Source: Verrucomicrobiota bacterium (GTDB taxonomy: Bacteria > Verrucomicrobiota > Verrucomicrobiia > Opitutales > Cerasicoccaceae). From it: DNA of 64,000 bases. The stretch covers positions 448,001 through 512,000 of the forward strand of contig JBCBUK010000002.1 of the NCBI GenBank assembly GCA_039818205.1, in the 5' to 3' direction. This document shows positions 20,501 to 30,144 of the stretch, one piece after another. Position numbers and translations under genes: made by a program. The notes under the pieces were generated by a model. The model searched no databases and was not told where the DNA came from. It worked only from the letters and a program-made list of their open reading frames with translations. Numbering within the stretch: position 1 is the first letter of the stretch; each line of letters begins with the position of its first letter.

Positions 20501-21085
20501 TTAGCTAGCACCGTGATAAATTTCGATAGCATCAGCAAGGTCGGCCATTGCTTTGCTCAACATTGCGGCTTCCGTTCGATCTTGTTCTTTGCTGAGATGG
20601 CCTACTCGATCGTAGCGTAAGTTGTTGTTTTTCAGTTGGATACCGCCGAAGGTGCGACTGCACTGTTGTTTTGCTGTCAAAAACTGCTGTCGAATTTCCG
20701 GAAGTAAGCCTTCACGTGCGAAACTCGTATCACTTGACTTAACAACGAATGTTTCGTCAAAGATGGGATCGCCCGTTTGGATGTCCTGCATTCCGAGAGC
20801 TTTTCCGATCTTTGAGAAGAAACCTTCGGATGATAGCTTGAACTTAAGATCCCGGGTGTTCTTCAGCTCGAGCACGATGGCGAAGTACGGTGTCGACGAG
20901 CCGTTCTGTCCACCGTTGCTCTGGGAGTAATTGTAGATCTTAAGGATATGGCCCCGAAAAGGGCCTTCGATCCGGTAGGGGCGCTTGATCAACTTCAAGA
21001 TCGGAATCTTGGGCAGGTAAGAGTCACCGCCAATTAGTGGGACCCCAAGTTGTTGCGCGAGGAGTGGGAATTGAGATGACGCCAT
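20501..21085 (-). CDS. hypothetical protein (DUF3137-like)
   Basis: Clean 194-aa ORF with FSKIGKALGMQDIQTGDPIFDETFVVKS, a motif common in this group of hypotheticals. Confidence 0.7.
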   Translation of the reverse strand: MASSQFPLLAQQLGVPLIGGDSYLPKIPILKLIKRPYRIEGPFRGHILKIYNYSQSNGGQNGSSTPYFAIVLELKNTRDLKFKLSSEGFFSKIGKALGMQDIQTGDPIFDETFVVKSSDTSFAREGLLPEIRQQFLTAKQQCSRTFGGIQLKNNNLRYDRVGHLSKEQDRTEAAMLSKAMADLADAIEIYHGAS

Positions 21086-21168
21086 TTTCGCATCATACTA
21101 AATTAGCAGCAGAGTGTACTCCAGTTTTATCTTATTATAACTTCGCAATATCCTAACGTCCAACTGCT

Positions 21169-21261
21169 TAGGGGCGACAGATATGCGGGCCGATAGGATG
21201 GGTTTTGATGAGGTAGGGTGACGGTGGTGATCCGTGTATTGAGACGGCCGCATCGCCCCTA
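21169..21261. repeat. imperfect inverted repeat (REP-like pair or structured leader)
   Basis: TAGGGGCGA...ATGCGGGCCG (21169-21192) complementary to CGGCCGCATCGCCCCTA (21245-21261). Confidence 0.5.
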
Positions 21262-21316
21262 GATTTTTGTTGAATAACCCATGGGTCATCGTGTTTGCTT
21301 TCCGGCTTCGATTGTC

Positions 21317-22534
21317 ATGGCACTTATCGTACAGAAATATGGCGGCACTTCCGTTAAGGACGTCGACCGCATTCAGAATGTCGCGCGGCGGATCAAAGGA
21401 TTCGTTGACCAGGGACACCAAGTGGTGGTGGTGGTCAGTGCTCGCGGCGGCGTTACCAATCAGCTCGTTGAGCGCGCCCGGACCATTAACCCGCAGCCAG
21501 CTGAGCGCGAAATGGACATGCTTTTGTCTTGTGGCGAGCAGGAGACAATCGCCCTCACGGCCATGGCGCTTCATGCCCTTGGGCAGCCAGCTGTGTCTCG
21601 TCTGGGGCATCAGGCTGGATTCGTAACCGACAAGGAGCATACCCGCGCGCGGATTCTCGAGATCACCGGCGGCGATATTAAGGACCGGTTGGACCGAGGC
21701 GAAGTGGTGATTGTAGCAGGCTTTCAGGGGCACAATTCCGATGGCGAGATTACGACGCTCGGGCGCGGCGGTAGCGACCTCTCCGCTGTAGCGCTGGCGG
21801 CGGGATTGGATGCCGATTTGTGTCAGATCTTTACCGATGTCGAGGGCGTCTATACCGCGGACCCACGGGTCGTTCCCAATGCCCGAAAGATTACGGAAAT
21901 TTCCTACGAAGAAATGTTGGAGCTCGCTTCGATGGGCTCTAAAGTGATGCAGGCGCGCTCGGTTGAGTTTGCCCAAAAGCACAACGTTATCTTCGAGGTG
22001 CGCAGCAGTTTTAATGACCAACCAGGAACTATCGTGAAAGCAGAAGTCCCCTCCATGGAAGACGTCGTCGTCAGCGGCGTGGCCCTCGATAAGAATCAGG
22101 CAAAGATCACTGTGAGTGAGCTGCCGGACAAGCCAGGTATGGCTGCCGTCGTTTTCAAATCCCTTGGGGAGGCAAATGTCATCGTCGACATGATCGTTCA
22201 AAACATCGGTCGCGGCGGTGCGGCTAACCTAACCTTTACGGTCGCCAAAGACGACGTGCACCGCGCGGTAGGGACGGTTGAGTCCGCGTTGTCCGAGCAT
22301 GGCGATTGCACCGTCAACTATACCGGCGATATCGCGAAACTCTCAGTCGTGGGCGTTGGAATGAGGAGTCATGCAGGTGTTGCGGCGACCTTGTTCGACA
22401 TCCTTGCGCAGAACGACGTCAACATTCAGATGATTTCGACGTCGGAGATTCGTATATCCGTGGCGATCGATTTGGAGAATGCGGTGAAGGCAACCCAGGC
22501 CGTCCACGACGGTTTTGGATTGGAAAAGGGGTAA
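21317..22534 (+). CDS. lysC: aspartate kinase
   Basis: VQKYGGTSV, TTLGRGGSDLSA, TDVEGVYTADPR, two ACT domains, STSEI. Confidence 0.95.
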   Translation: MALIVQKYGGTSVKDVDRIQNVARRIKGFVDQGHQVVVVVSARGGVTNQLVERARTINPQPAEREMDMLLSCGEQETIALTAMALHALGQPAVSRLGHQAGFVTDKEHTRARILEITGGDIKDRLDRGEVVIVAGFQGHNSDGEITTLGRGGSDLSAVALAAGLDADLCQIFTDVEGVYTADPRVVPNARKITEISYEEMLELASMGSKVMQARSVEFAQKHNVIFEVRSSFNDQPGTIVKAEVPSMEDVVVSGVALDKNQAKITVSELPDKPGMAAVVFKSLGEANVIVDMIVQNIGRGGAANLTFTVAKDDVHRAVGTVESALSEHGDCTVNYTGDIAKLSVVGVGMRSHAGVAATLFDILAQNDVNIQMISTSEIRISVAIDLENAVKATQAVHDGFGLEKG

Positions 22535-22595
22535 CCTCGTATTTTGCGGAACGAAAACGTTTCCGTTGTGCGCAGATTGGGCATAGCTTCGCGCT

Positions 22596-23150
22596 ATGTC
22601 TGAACCGGTCACGATTTTCATATCCCGCCAGGTAAAGCCTGGCAAGGAACGCGAAATGGAAGCTTGGATGCATGCCATTCGTGATGCCTGTCGCGAGGCA
22701 CCTGGCTTTGTGGATAGTCTTTGGCTTGGCGTTGAGCATGGCTCAAATCCCGAAGACTTTGAAGTGTTGATAACCTTCGACAGTGCAGAGAATTTTCGCA
22801 GTTGGGAAGAGTCTGACATCAAGCGGGAGCTCTATTCGCAGTTGGACCACATTATCATGGATCAGAAGATTCGCAAAATAAGCGGTCTGGAGCCCTGGTT
22901 GGGGCTGGTTCCATCAATCATGGGGCCGCCACCGAAGTGGAAGATGGCCCTCTTGGCCTTTATGGGCGTTTACCCGACGATCGCAGTGACCTTCTTTTTT
23001 CTGATGCCCCTTATTAAGGACCTTCCCATGTTTGTGCGACTGCTCTGCACGACTCCAGCGATCAGTTTGATCATGACTTTTCTGGTCATGCCAGCTCTCA
23101 CCAAACTGTGCCATGGTTGGCTGTTTCCGCAGAGGACTGGTACCGTCTAG
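22596..23150 (+). CDS. ABM-like dimeric barrel protein with C-terminal TM helices
   Basis: QVKPGKE, APGFV, GLEPW, PPKWKMA, C-terminal WL pattern. Confidence 0.8.
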   Translation: MSEPVTIFISRQVKPGKEREMEAWMHAIRDACREAPGFVDSLWLGVEHGSNPEDFEVLITFDSAENFRSWEESDIKRELYSQLDHIIMDQKIRKISGLEPWLGLVPSIMGPPPKWKMALLAFMGVYPTIAVTFFFLMPLIKDLPMFVRLLCTTPAISLIMTFLVMPALTKLCHGWLFPQRTGTV

Positions 23151-23845
23151 CGGGTACCAAAGTTTTCGGCTTCGCGTGAGTTGAAGTCAGAGATGTTCTT
23201 CTCGTTGCCCTTGATCTGGTAGTAGTCCTGGGCAAATATATTGAAGGCGCAAAGATCAATCGGAGTCACTTCGGATGCATTGATGTTATTGATGACACCG
23301 CCAGCTTCCAGTGCGGCAGCCGCCAGCTCGGAGCAGAAGAAACTCGCGAAGTCCTCGTTGTTGTAGGTTGCCAGATTCAGGATGCTAATCCCGTCCATGG
23401 CATCCAGGGCAGACTTCACTGCCTGGGGCATGTCGTAGGGGCGCCCTTCATAGTGGAGGAGGAAATTTGTGAATTTCACCAGGTCCAGCTTGGCGCGGGA
23501 TTCTTCGCTAAGCGGGAGCCACCACATATCGCCTTCGTAGTATTTCAGGCGCAGGCTCATCCGGTTGCGTTGCACGCCTGCGACCCGTTGGCCGGTAGCG
23601 GGATCGGTGTGCAGCGTGGTGGATTCCATGATGTCGACCACGCAACCCTCCTGGGCCTCGCCATCGAGAAGGACTTTGGATTCGTAGACAATACCGACGT
23701 GTGAGACTTGTGAGCAGGTGGCCCACTTAATGATTTCGGAGAAATGACCTTTTCCTGAGAAGGCGATGATATCGCCGGGTTTCAAGTGTGCGCGGACACC
23801 TGGAGTTCCGTTTTGGCTAGAGTATGAAGCAGTTTTTAGTGGCAT
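23147..23845 (-). CDS. permuted papain-like (YaeF/YiiX, NlpC/P60) enzyme
   Basis: PGDII, SHVGI, GRPYD, FCSEL; His precedes the catalytic Cys. Confidence 0.8.
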   Translation of the reverse strand: MPLKTASYSSQNGTPGVRAHLKPGDIIAFSGKGHFSEIIKWATCSQVSHVGIVYESKVLLDGEAQEGCVVDIMESTTLHTDPATGQRVAGVQRNRMSLRLKYYEGDMWWLPLSEESRAKLDLVKFTNFLLHYEGRPYDMPQAVKSALDAMDGISILNLATYNNEDFASFFCSELAAAALEAGGVINNINASEVTPIDLCAFNIFAQDYYQIKGNEKNISDFNSREAENFGTR

Positions 23846-23950
23846 ACCGAAATCGAAGGCGGCGCCAAAAAATCAGTCAATGAAAATTAATTGATATACG
23901 TAGTTTTACAGGAAGTTGGTTAGGCTCTTGCCGGACCGGTTTTGATAGGC

Positions 23951-24496
23951 TTAACTTTCAAAGCCAACCAGCCCGTCGAGGCTTTTGCGGTTATTGTTGT
24001 CGCGATACTTCGTCATGCCTTCGGGGCCTTCTTTGGCTGAATACTTTTCGAGCGTCTCGCGTTCGCCCTTGTAATCGAAAAAGGGTACTCCGAACCCACA
24101 GGAATCACTAATACGAGTGAGTTCGTTGACAATGATTGAGCGTGCTCCAGGAATCTCGTCAAAGTGCTGGATGAGGTCATTGTATTCTGGGCTGTCTAAC
24201 TCGTAAACGGTGCCGTGGCCGTGGAAGCGCATGATTTTGGGCGCTCCTTCAAAGGCGCAAAACATGATGACCATGCGGCCGTTCTCCTTAAGGTGAGCGA
24301 TTGTCTCTACACCGCTACCAGTCAAGTCGAGGTAGGCGACGGTGGTTGGCCCCAGGATGCGAAAGGTGTTCATACCCTTGGGGGAGCAGTTGACGAATCC
24401 GTCGGCGTTGAGTGGCGCTGTGGCGACAAAATACATCTTTTGCTTCTCAACCCAGGCACGAATCTTCTCATCGATGGCTTCGAATACTTTACCCAT
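23951..24496 (-). CDS. pyridoxamine 5'-phosphate oxidase-like FMN-binding protein
   Basis: FVATAP, NCSPKG, LDLTGSGVETIAH, MFCAFEGAP, SCGFGVP. Confidence 0.9.
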   Translation of the reverse strand: MGKVFEAIDEKIRAWVEKQKMYFVATAPLNADGFVNCSPKGMNTFRILGPTTVAYLDLTGSGVETIAHLKENGRMVIMFCAFEGAPKIMRFHGHGTVYELDSPEYNDLIQHFDEIPGARSIIVNELTRISDSCGFGVPFFDYKGERETLEKYSAKEGPEGMTKYRDNNNRKSLDGLVGFES

Positions 24497-24582
24497 GGAG
24501 CTAAAATATCCTCCCGATGTTGGTAGTCGAATCGTATTTTTAACCTTTTCACCAGGCCAAGAAAACGGTCAACTGGCCCGGT

Positions 24583-25953
24583 ATGAAATATCTCAGTACG
24601 CGTGGACAGTGTGACGAAGTGACCTTCACCGAGGCCGTGGCAACGGGCTTGGCGCCGGACGGTGGGCTGTTTCTACCAACTGAGCTTCCGGATATTTCCA
24701 GCAAGCTTTCCGAATGGCAGGGTCTAAACTATCCGGCTCTCTGTCTGGAGTTTATGAAACTTTTTGCGACGGATTTGGATGAGTCTAAACTTGCGGCTAT
24801 CGTCGAACGCTCGTACAAGACCTTCTCTCGCAAAGAGATAGCGCCTCTGGTTAAGCTGGACGATCATCTCAGTGTTTTAGAGCTGTTCCACGGCCCCACG
24901 CTGGCCTTTAAGGATTTCGCTCTTCAGTTGTTGGGCAATCTCTACGAGGAGCAGATCGAGCGCACTGGCAAGTCGATCAATGTTCTCGGAGCAACCTCCG
25001 GCGACACCGGATCGGCGGCAATTCACGGATTGTTGGGCAAGCGTGGCGTCCGGATCTTTATTCTCTATCCGCAAGGCCGGGTTTCGATGCTGCAAGAACG
25101 GCAGATGACGACGACCGGGGCCAAGAACGTTTACCCAATTGCCATTGATGGCTCCTTTGATGATGCCCAACGGCTCGTAAAAGATGCTTTTGGGGACTTG
25201 GATTTCAAAGAAACTTACAATCTCTCGGCGATCAATTCGATCAACCTAGCGCGAATCCTGGCACAGTGTGTCTATTATGTTTGGGCCTGGCTGCAGCTGG
25301 ACGAGGCTTCCCGCGAGCGTGGAGTCGAATTCGTGGTGCCCACCGGCAACTTTGGCAACGTAATGGCGGGCTGGATGACACAAAAGATGGGGCTGCCTGT
25401 TGGCGGTTTTCGCGTGGCGACCAATCAGAATGATATCCTTTGCCGTCTCTTCAATACCGGTCGCTACGAAGTGGATTCGGTGCAGCCGAGTGTTGCCCCG
25501 TCCATGGACATTCAGGTGGCGTCAAATTTCGAGCGTTTTCTCTACTACAATGTCGGTCGCGACCCTGAGCGTGTGCGCGCCGTCATGCAGGAGTTTAAAT
25601 CCACCGGGAAATACCTCTTCGAGGAGTTTGATCGCGATAGTTTTTCCGCCTCTCGCATGGACGATGCGGAAATTAGCCAGGTGATCGAGAAAATCTACGC
25701 CGACTATAAGTACGTGACTGATCCGCACACGGCCTGTGCCTTCAAGGACCTTGATGAGTCCAAGTGCAATGTCGTTTTGGCAACCGCGCATCCGGCGAAG
25801 TTTCCAGAGATCATCGAGGCAGCCCTAGGGCGCACGCCAACGGCACCGTCACTCGAAGCAATTAAGCGTGAGCCGATCATTAACTATTTGTTGCCGGCCA
25901 ATGGCGACGCCCTCGCCGAGTTTCTCAAGGAGCACGGTCGCGGCCGATCCTGA
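24583..25953 (+). CDS. thrC: threonine synthase
   Basis: YLSTRG, GLAPDGGLF, ELFHGPTLAFKD, ATSGDTGSAA, NSINLAR, PTGNFGN, TAHPAKF. Confidence 0.97.
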   Translation: MKYLSTRGQCDEVTFTEAVATGLAPDGGLFLPTELPDISSKLSEWQGLNYPALCLEFMKLFATDLDESKLAAIVERSYKTFSRKEIAPLVKLDDHLSVLELFHGPTLAFKDFALQLLGNLYEEQIERTGKSINVLGATSGDTGSAAIHGLLGKRGVRIFILYPQGRVSMLQERQMTTTGAKNVYPIAIDGSFDDAQRLVKDAFGDLDFKETYNLSAINSINLARILAQCVYYVWAWLQLDEASRERGVEFVVPTGNFGNVMAGWMTQKMGLPVGGFRVATNQNDILCRLFNTGRYEVDSVQPSVAPSMDIQVASNFERFLYYNVGRDPERVRAVMQEFKSTGKYLFEEFDRDSFSASRMDDAEISQVIEKIYADYKYVTDPHTACAFKDLDESKCNVVLATAHPAKFPEIIEAALGRTPTAPSLEAIKREPIINYLLPANGDALAEFLKEHGRGRS

Positions 25954-25979
25954 TTCGCTATCGTGGCCGCTTCGAGGAG

Positions 25980-26009
25980 TATATCTTTTGTCTATTACCA
26001 AAAGATATA
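25980..26009. promoter_or_regulatory. AT-rich perfect inverted repeat (operator or hairpin)
   Basis: TATATCTTTTG-N8-CAAAAGATATA. Confidence 0.5.
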
Positions 26010-26103
26010 AGTTTGTGGATTTGCGTTGAGGCGCGTTAATGGCGTAGTGTCATCGTTCATAAACCCTAGTCTAACTCGAAAAGCCTTACTGAGGGGCACT
26101 GTA

Positions 26104-27546
26104 ATGATTTTCCTTCAATCTTGGCGCGGTATTGCGCTGTTTACCATAATCTCCATGATTTTTCAGCAGGTCACCCTTGCTGAAGATGGTCAAAGCACGA
26201 AGCGCCCGCCCAATATCGTGATGATCATGGTCGACGACCTGGGGCTCTATGATCTCAATTGCTACGGTTATGAGGCAGTGGATACACCCAACGCCAATCA
26301 ACTGGCTCGAGATGGCATGTTGTTCACCCATGCCTACGCTGGTGCGCCGGTTTGTTCTCCATCCCGCGCGGCTACGATCAGCGGACAGTCGCCCGCTCGC
26401 TTGCACTTGACCAATCATATTTCCAACGCTCACTTCGAGCCGGAAAATGCCAAGTTGCTCAACGCACCCGAGATCAAGGCGCTTCCTCCCGAGTCGATCA
26501 CTTTCGCTGAGAAACTGCGCGATGCGGGATATGCTTGCCGTTTTTTTGGTAAATGGCACCTGTCGCTTCAAAAGCCGAATGCCGGGGGCCGCGTCTGGGA
26601 TGAAAACACACTGCCAGATGCACAGGGATTCGATCAAAACATTGGCGGAAATGGGAACGGTGGCCCGGCCAGCTGGTTCTCGCCCTACAAGAATGCCTAC
26701 ATGAAGGATGGCGAAGAGGGCGAATATTTGACCTACCGCTTGGCAAGCGAAGTAGAACAATTCATGGAGGATAACAAGGACCGGCCATTCTTGGTTACTC
26801 TCTGGAACTACAACGTTCACTCACCGCTGGAAACCACCGAAGAGCTTACGGATAAGTATAGGAAACGGAAAAAGTCCGGTGCGCGTATCGGTAATCCCGT
26901 CTATGCCGGGATGCTCGAGGCGACGGATATTGGCATTGGGCGGGTCCTCGACAAAATCGATGAGCTCGGATTGCGGGACGACACTATTGTTGTCCTAACC
27001 TCCGACAATGGCGGATTCAATAACCTGGTGGATACCGCCAGACCGATGCTCCGCGAGAACAAGGGCTGGCTCTACGATGGCGGTCTGCGGGTTCCCTTGA
27101 TCGTCCGTTGGCCGGGTAAGGTTGAGCCAGGTTCAGTGACGGATACTCGAGTGAATCATTTGGATTTCTTTCCGACCTTTATGGAGGTGGCTAGCATCGA
27201 GGTTGCCGACGATCATATACTCGATGGTGAGAGTATCGTGCCGGTTTTAACGGCTAGCGGTGAACTGGAACGTGACCGGATGTTCTTTCATTATCCCAAC
27301 TACGCCTGGCACGCCAAGAACCGCTTGGGAAGTGTCGTGATCGAAGACAAATACAAGCTTCTGTATTGGTTTGATGATGATTCCGTTGAGCTCTACGACA
27401 TCGACCTCGACCCGAGTGAAAAGAAAGAGATCTCTAGTCAGAATCCAGAGCTTTCTGATCGCTTGAAGAAGCGCCTGAAAGAGTGGCTGGTCGAAGTCGA
27501 TGCGAATCTCCCCATTCCGAATCCCAACTACGTCGAGCCGTCATAG
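26104..27546 (+). CDS. formylglycine-dependent (S1) sulfatase
   Basis: PNIVMIMVDDLG, CSPSRA, GKWHL, TSDNGG, KGWLYDGGLRVP, ELYD; N-terminal signal-like segment. Exact start uncertain. Confidence 0.95.
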   Translation: MIFLQSWRGIALFTIISMIFQQVTLAEDGQSTKRPPNIVMIMVDDLGLYDLNCYGYEAVDTPNANQLARDGMLFTHAYAGAPVCSPSRAATISGQSPARLHLTNHISNAHFEPENAKLLNAPEIKALPPESITFAEKLRDAGYACRFFGKWHLSLQKPNAGGRVWDENTLPDAQGFDQNIGGNGNGGPASWFSPYKNAYMKDGEEGEYLTYRLASEVEQFMEDNKDRPFLVTLWNYNVHSPLETTEELTDKYRKRKKSGARIGNPVYAGMLEATDIGIGRVLDKIDELGLRDDTIVVLTSDNGGFNNLVDTARPMLRENKGWLYDGGLRVPLIVRWPGKVEPGSVTDTRVNHLDFFPTFMEVASIEVADDHILDGESIVPVLTASGELERDRMFFHYPNYAWHAKNRLGSVVIEDKYKLLYWFDDDSVELYDIDLDPSEKKEISSQNPELSDRLKKRLKEWLVEVDANLPIPNPNYVEPS

Positions 27547-27596
27547 TGCCTTTGGCTTGGCATCGGTTTAGATGTTGATAAGAATTAGGTTGTTCG

Positions 27597-28310
27597 ATGA
27601 ATGACGACCCGAATCATACTCCATCTTCCGGTGAGTTCTTTGCCGCTTGGGCAATCTATCGCTCGATTATCGAGCACAATTTGATGCGCCACGACGAGCT
27701 CGTGGGCGCATTGAGCGATTGGTGGCAATCCCTGCTGGGGAAGCCCAAATCGATCTTGGATCTGGGATGCGGCGATGCCCATGTCCCGCTCAGAGCCTTT
27801 GAAAACTTCAGCGGCGACTACTATGGTATCGATTCCTCGGTCGAAGCCATTGCAATTGCTGAAGCCTCAATGGCTGATGTTGGTTGGGTGTCGTCATTCC
27901 ACCTCTCGGACGTCGATCAGGCCCTGCGGAAATGGACGATGCCGGTCGACATGGTATTTGCGGGATACATGCTGCACCACTTGAGTGACCAGCGTAAAGC
28001 AACTGCGGTTCAAGACATTGCCAGCCTCCTGGAGCCCGGCGGCTGGTTTGTGCTCTACGACATTATGCGCCGGGAGGAGGAGTCGCGTGACGACTATGTT
28101 GAGCGACAGGGACAGCTCTTTATCGAAGAGTGGACGCAGCTGAGTATGGACCAGCGCCTTGCGACCAAGCACCACATCGAAACCAGTGACTTCGCAGTCA
28201 GCCCCAATCAATGGCGTGAAATGGCCATGGCGGCAGGTTTGACGGAATACGCCTGCCTCTATCGCGATGACGACGAATTTTGGGGGCTACTCGTGTTCGC
28301 AAAAAACTGA
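27597..28310 (+). CDS. class I SAM-dependent methyltransferase
   Basis: ILDLGCGD, GIDSS, LHHL, LEPGG. Confidence 0.9.
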   Translation: MNDDPNHTPSSGEFFAAWAIYRSIIEHNLMRHDELVGALSDWWQSLLGKPKSILDLGCGDAHVPLRAFENFSGDYYGIDSSVEAIAIAEASMADVGWVSSFHLSDVDQALRKWTMPVDMVFAGYMLHHLSDQRKATAVQDIASLLEPGGWFVLYDIMRREEESRDDYVERQGQLFIEEWTQLSMDQRLATKHHIETSDFAVSPNQWREMAMAAGLTEYACLYRDDDEFWGLLVFAKN

Positions 28311-28502
28311 GTAATCGCCTGCCTTGATGCTGTGCTCATCAATCAGCCGCTTGGCCATGTCGGGCAAGGTGGTTTCGCCTGCCCAATTCGGCCAATCATG
28401 AAAGGTCGCATTTCGCAATGCATGCCAAGCGGGATCAATGAACATCGCCGATGTTCTGCCCATTCCAGGGAAAACATGGACGCGTGAAGTCATCGGTGAC
28501 AA
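28287..28502 (-). pseudogene. truncated alpha/beta hydrolase N-terminus
   Basis: VFPGMG...DWP...ETTL...LIDEH.I..GD ends before any GxSxG motif and overlaps the convergent methyltransferase. Confidence 0.5.
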
Positions 28503-28518
28503 CGGAGCGCTGTGACGG

Positions 28519-30075
28519 CTACTCCTTACTGGTTTTGACTTCGACGACGTCGTGCGGTGAGGATTCGCGTTGGCCGGCAGGGCTTACGCGGATGTAGCGC
28601 GCGCGCTCCCGGTGTTGCATCAAGTTTTCTGCGCCGAGATAGCCCATGCCACTCTGGAGGCCACCAGCTAGTTGGCCGAGAACTTCGTCAATGGAGCCTG
28701 ATACCTCTTTGAGAGCTTCAATACCTTCGGCGGCTACCTTGCGGTTGCGGTCGTTCTTGGCATGACCATATCGAGCAGCCGAACCGGCTTTCATCGCCTC
28801 GAGGCTACCCATACCGCGGTATTGTTTGTAGAGTTTGCCCTCGATTTCAAGAATTTGCCCGGGTGCTTCGCGGCAACCCGCGAGCAATCCGCCGCAGATA
28901 ACCGCGTCGGCCAGCGTAAGTGCTTTTACGATGTCGCCGCTCTTGGAGATACCGCCGTCAGCCAGGATTTTCACGCCGTGTTTTTCTGCTTCACGGGTCG
29001 TTACGTAGAGGGCCGTCAATTGAGGAATACCGACGCCAGCAACGATCCGAGTCGTGCAGATTGAGCCTGGACCTTGCCCGACTTTGATCGCATTCGCGCC
29101 CGCTTTTGCAAGGAATTCAACGCCTTCGGCGCTGGTCACATTGCCCGCGATAATCGCGAGTTCGGGGAACTCGCTGCGGATGAGTTTTACGGACTCGCCA
29201 ACTCCCTGGCTATGGCCGTGGGCAGTTGAGATTGCCACGGCATCCAAGCCTTCGCTGACCAGATTACCGACATGTCCGACGATGCGGTCACGGTCCAGGT
29301 TGCCATCAGTGGTGCGTGGAGCGCTCACCGCTGCACCGCAAACCAGGCGAAATTCCTTGTCTCGAGCGGGCTTCACGTTGGTGCGTTGCTCGTCATTGAT
29401 GCGCTCAATGTCACTAAGCGTGAATAGACCGTGGAGGTGGTCGTTTTCGTCAACAACGAGGAGTTTGTGGATGCCCAGGTGATCGTTGAAAAACTTGTCG
29501 GCGGCACCGATGGGGTCGCCTTCGATGTCTTTGGTGGAAAGCGTGAAGACGTCAGCCCGATGCGTCATTGCTTCGGCGACAATGCGGTCGCGGTAACGTT
29601 CTTTTACGACGCGCCCGGGCAGGAGCCCCAGCAGCTTGTCGTTTTCGTCAACCACCGGAAAGGTGCTAAATTTGTAACCCTTTTCTTCAATGATCTCCAA
29701 AATATCGGCGATGCGGGCGTTGGGGCCGATCTTAATTGGGTCTTGAATCAGGCCGTGGATGTTATTCTTCACACGGGCGACCTGCTTAACCTGCTCGCGT
29801 TCAGACATGTTGTAATGAATGAGCCCGAGGCCACCGTTGGTTGCCATGGCAATCGCCATCGGCGCCTCGGTGACGGTATCCATATCTGCCGAGATGATGG
29901 GCAAGGATAGGTGCAGTCCCGGAGACAGGTCGACCTCGGTGACGGTATTGCGTGGGAGCACGGACGAGTGACGAGTCGCTAGAGTGACGTCGTCGTAGGT
30001 CAGCGCGGTGCTTGCGTGAAGCCGAAAAAATTCATCGGCGTTCTTGTAAAATACGGAATCGAGGGTTTCGCTCAT
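28519..30075 (-). CDS. guaB: IMP dehydrogenase
   Basis: [17 protein letters not shown] pair, [28 protein letters not shown]. Confidence 0.96.
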   Translation of the reverse strand: MSETLDSVFYKNADEFFRLHASTALTYDDVTLATRHSSVLPRNTVTEVDLSPGLHLSLPIISADMDTVTEAPMAIAMATNGGLGLIHYNMSEREQVKQVARVKNNIHGLIQDPIKIGPNARIADILEIIEEKGYKFSTFPVVDENDKLLGLLPGRVVKERYRDRIVAEAMTHRADVFTLSTKDIEGDPIGAADKFFNDHLGIHKLLVVDENDHLHGLFTLSDIERINDEQRTNVKPARDKEFRLVCGAAVSAPRTTDGNLDRDRIVGHVGNLVSEGLDAVAISTAHGHSQGVGESVKLIRSEFPELAIIAGNVTSAEGVEFLAKAGANAIKVGQGPGSICTTRIVAGVGIPQLTALYVTTREAEKHGVKILADGGISKSGDIVKALTLADAVICGGLLAGCREAPGQILEIEGKLYKQYRGMGSLEAMKAGSAARYGHAKNDRNRKVAAEGIEALKEVSGSIDEVLGQLAGGLQSGMGYLGAENLMQHRERARYIRVSPAGQRESSPHDVVEVKTSKE

Positions 30076-30144
30076 GGCAATGTGTATTGCCGTTGGGAAT
30101 TATGGGCTGGGCGAATTGCTCGGCAAGTGAAAAGCTGAGGGAAA

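Noticed and set aside
21090..21316. Lysine riboswitch before lysC
   Set aside because: Conserved lysine-riboswitch core not recognisable; only an inverted repeat is supported.
21098..22201. 367-aa antisense ORF over lysC
   Set aside because: Shadow ORF; the plus strand is clearly aspartokinase.
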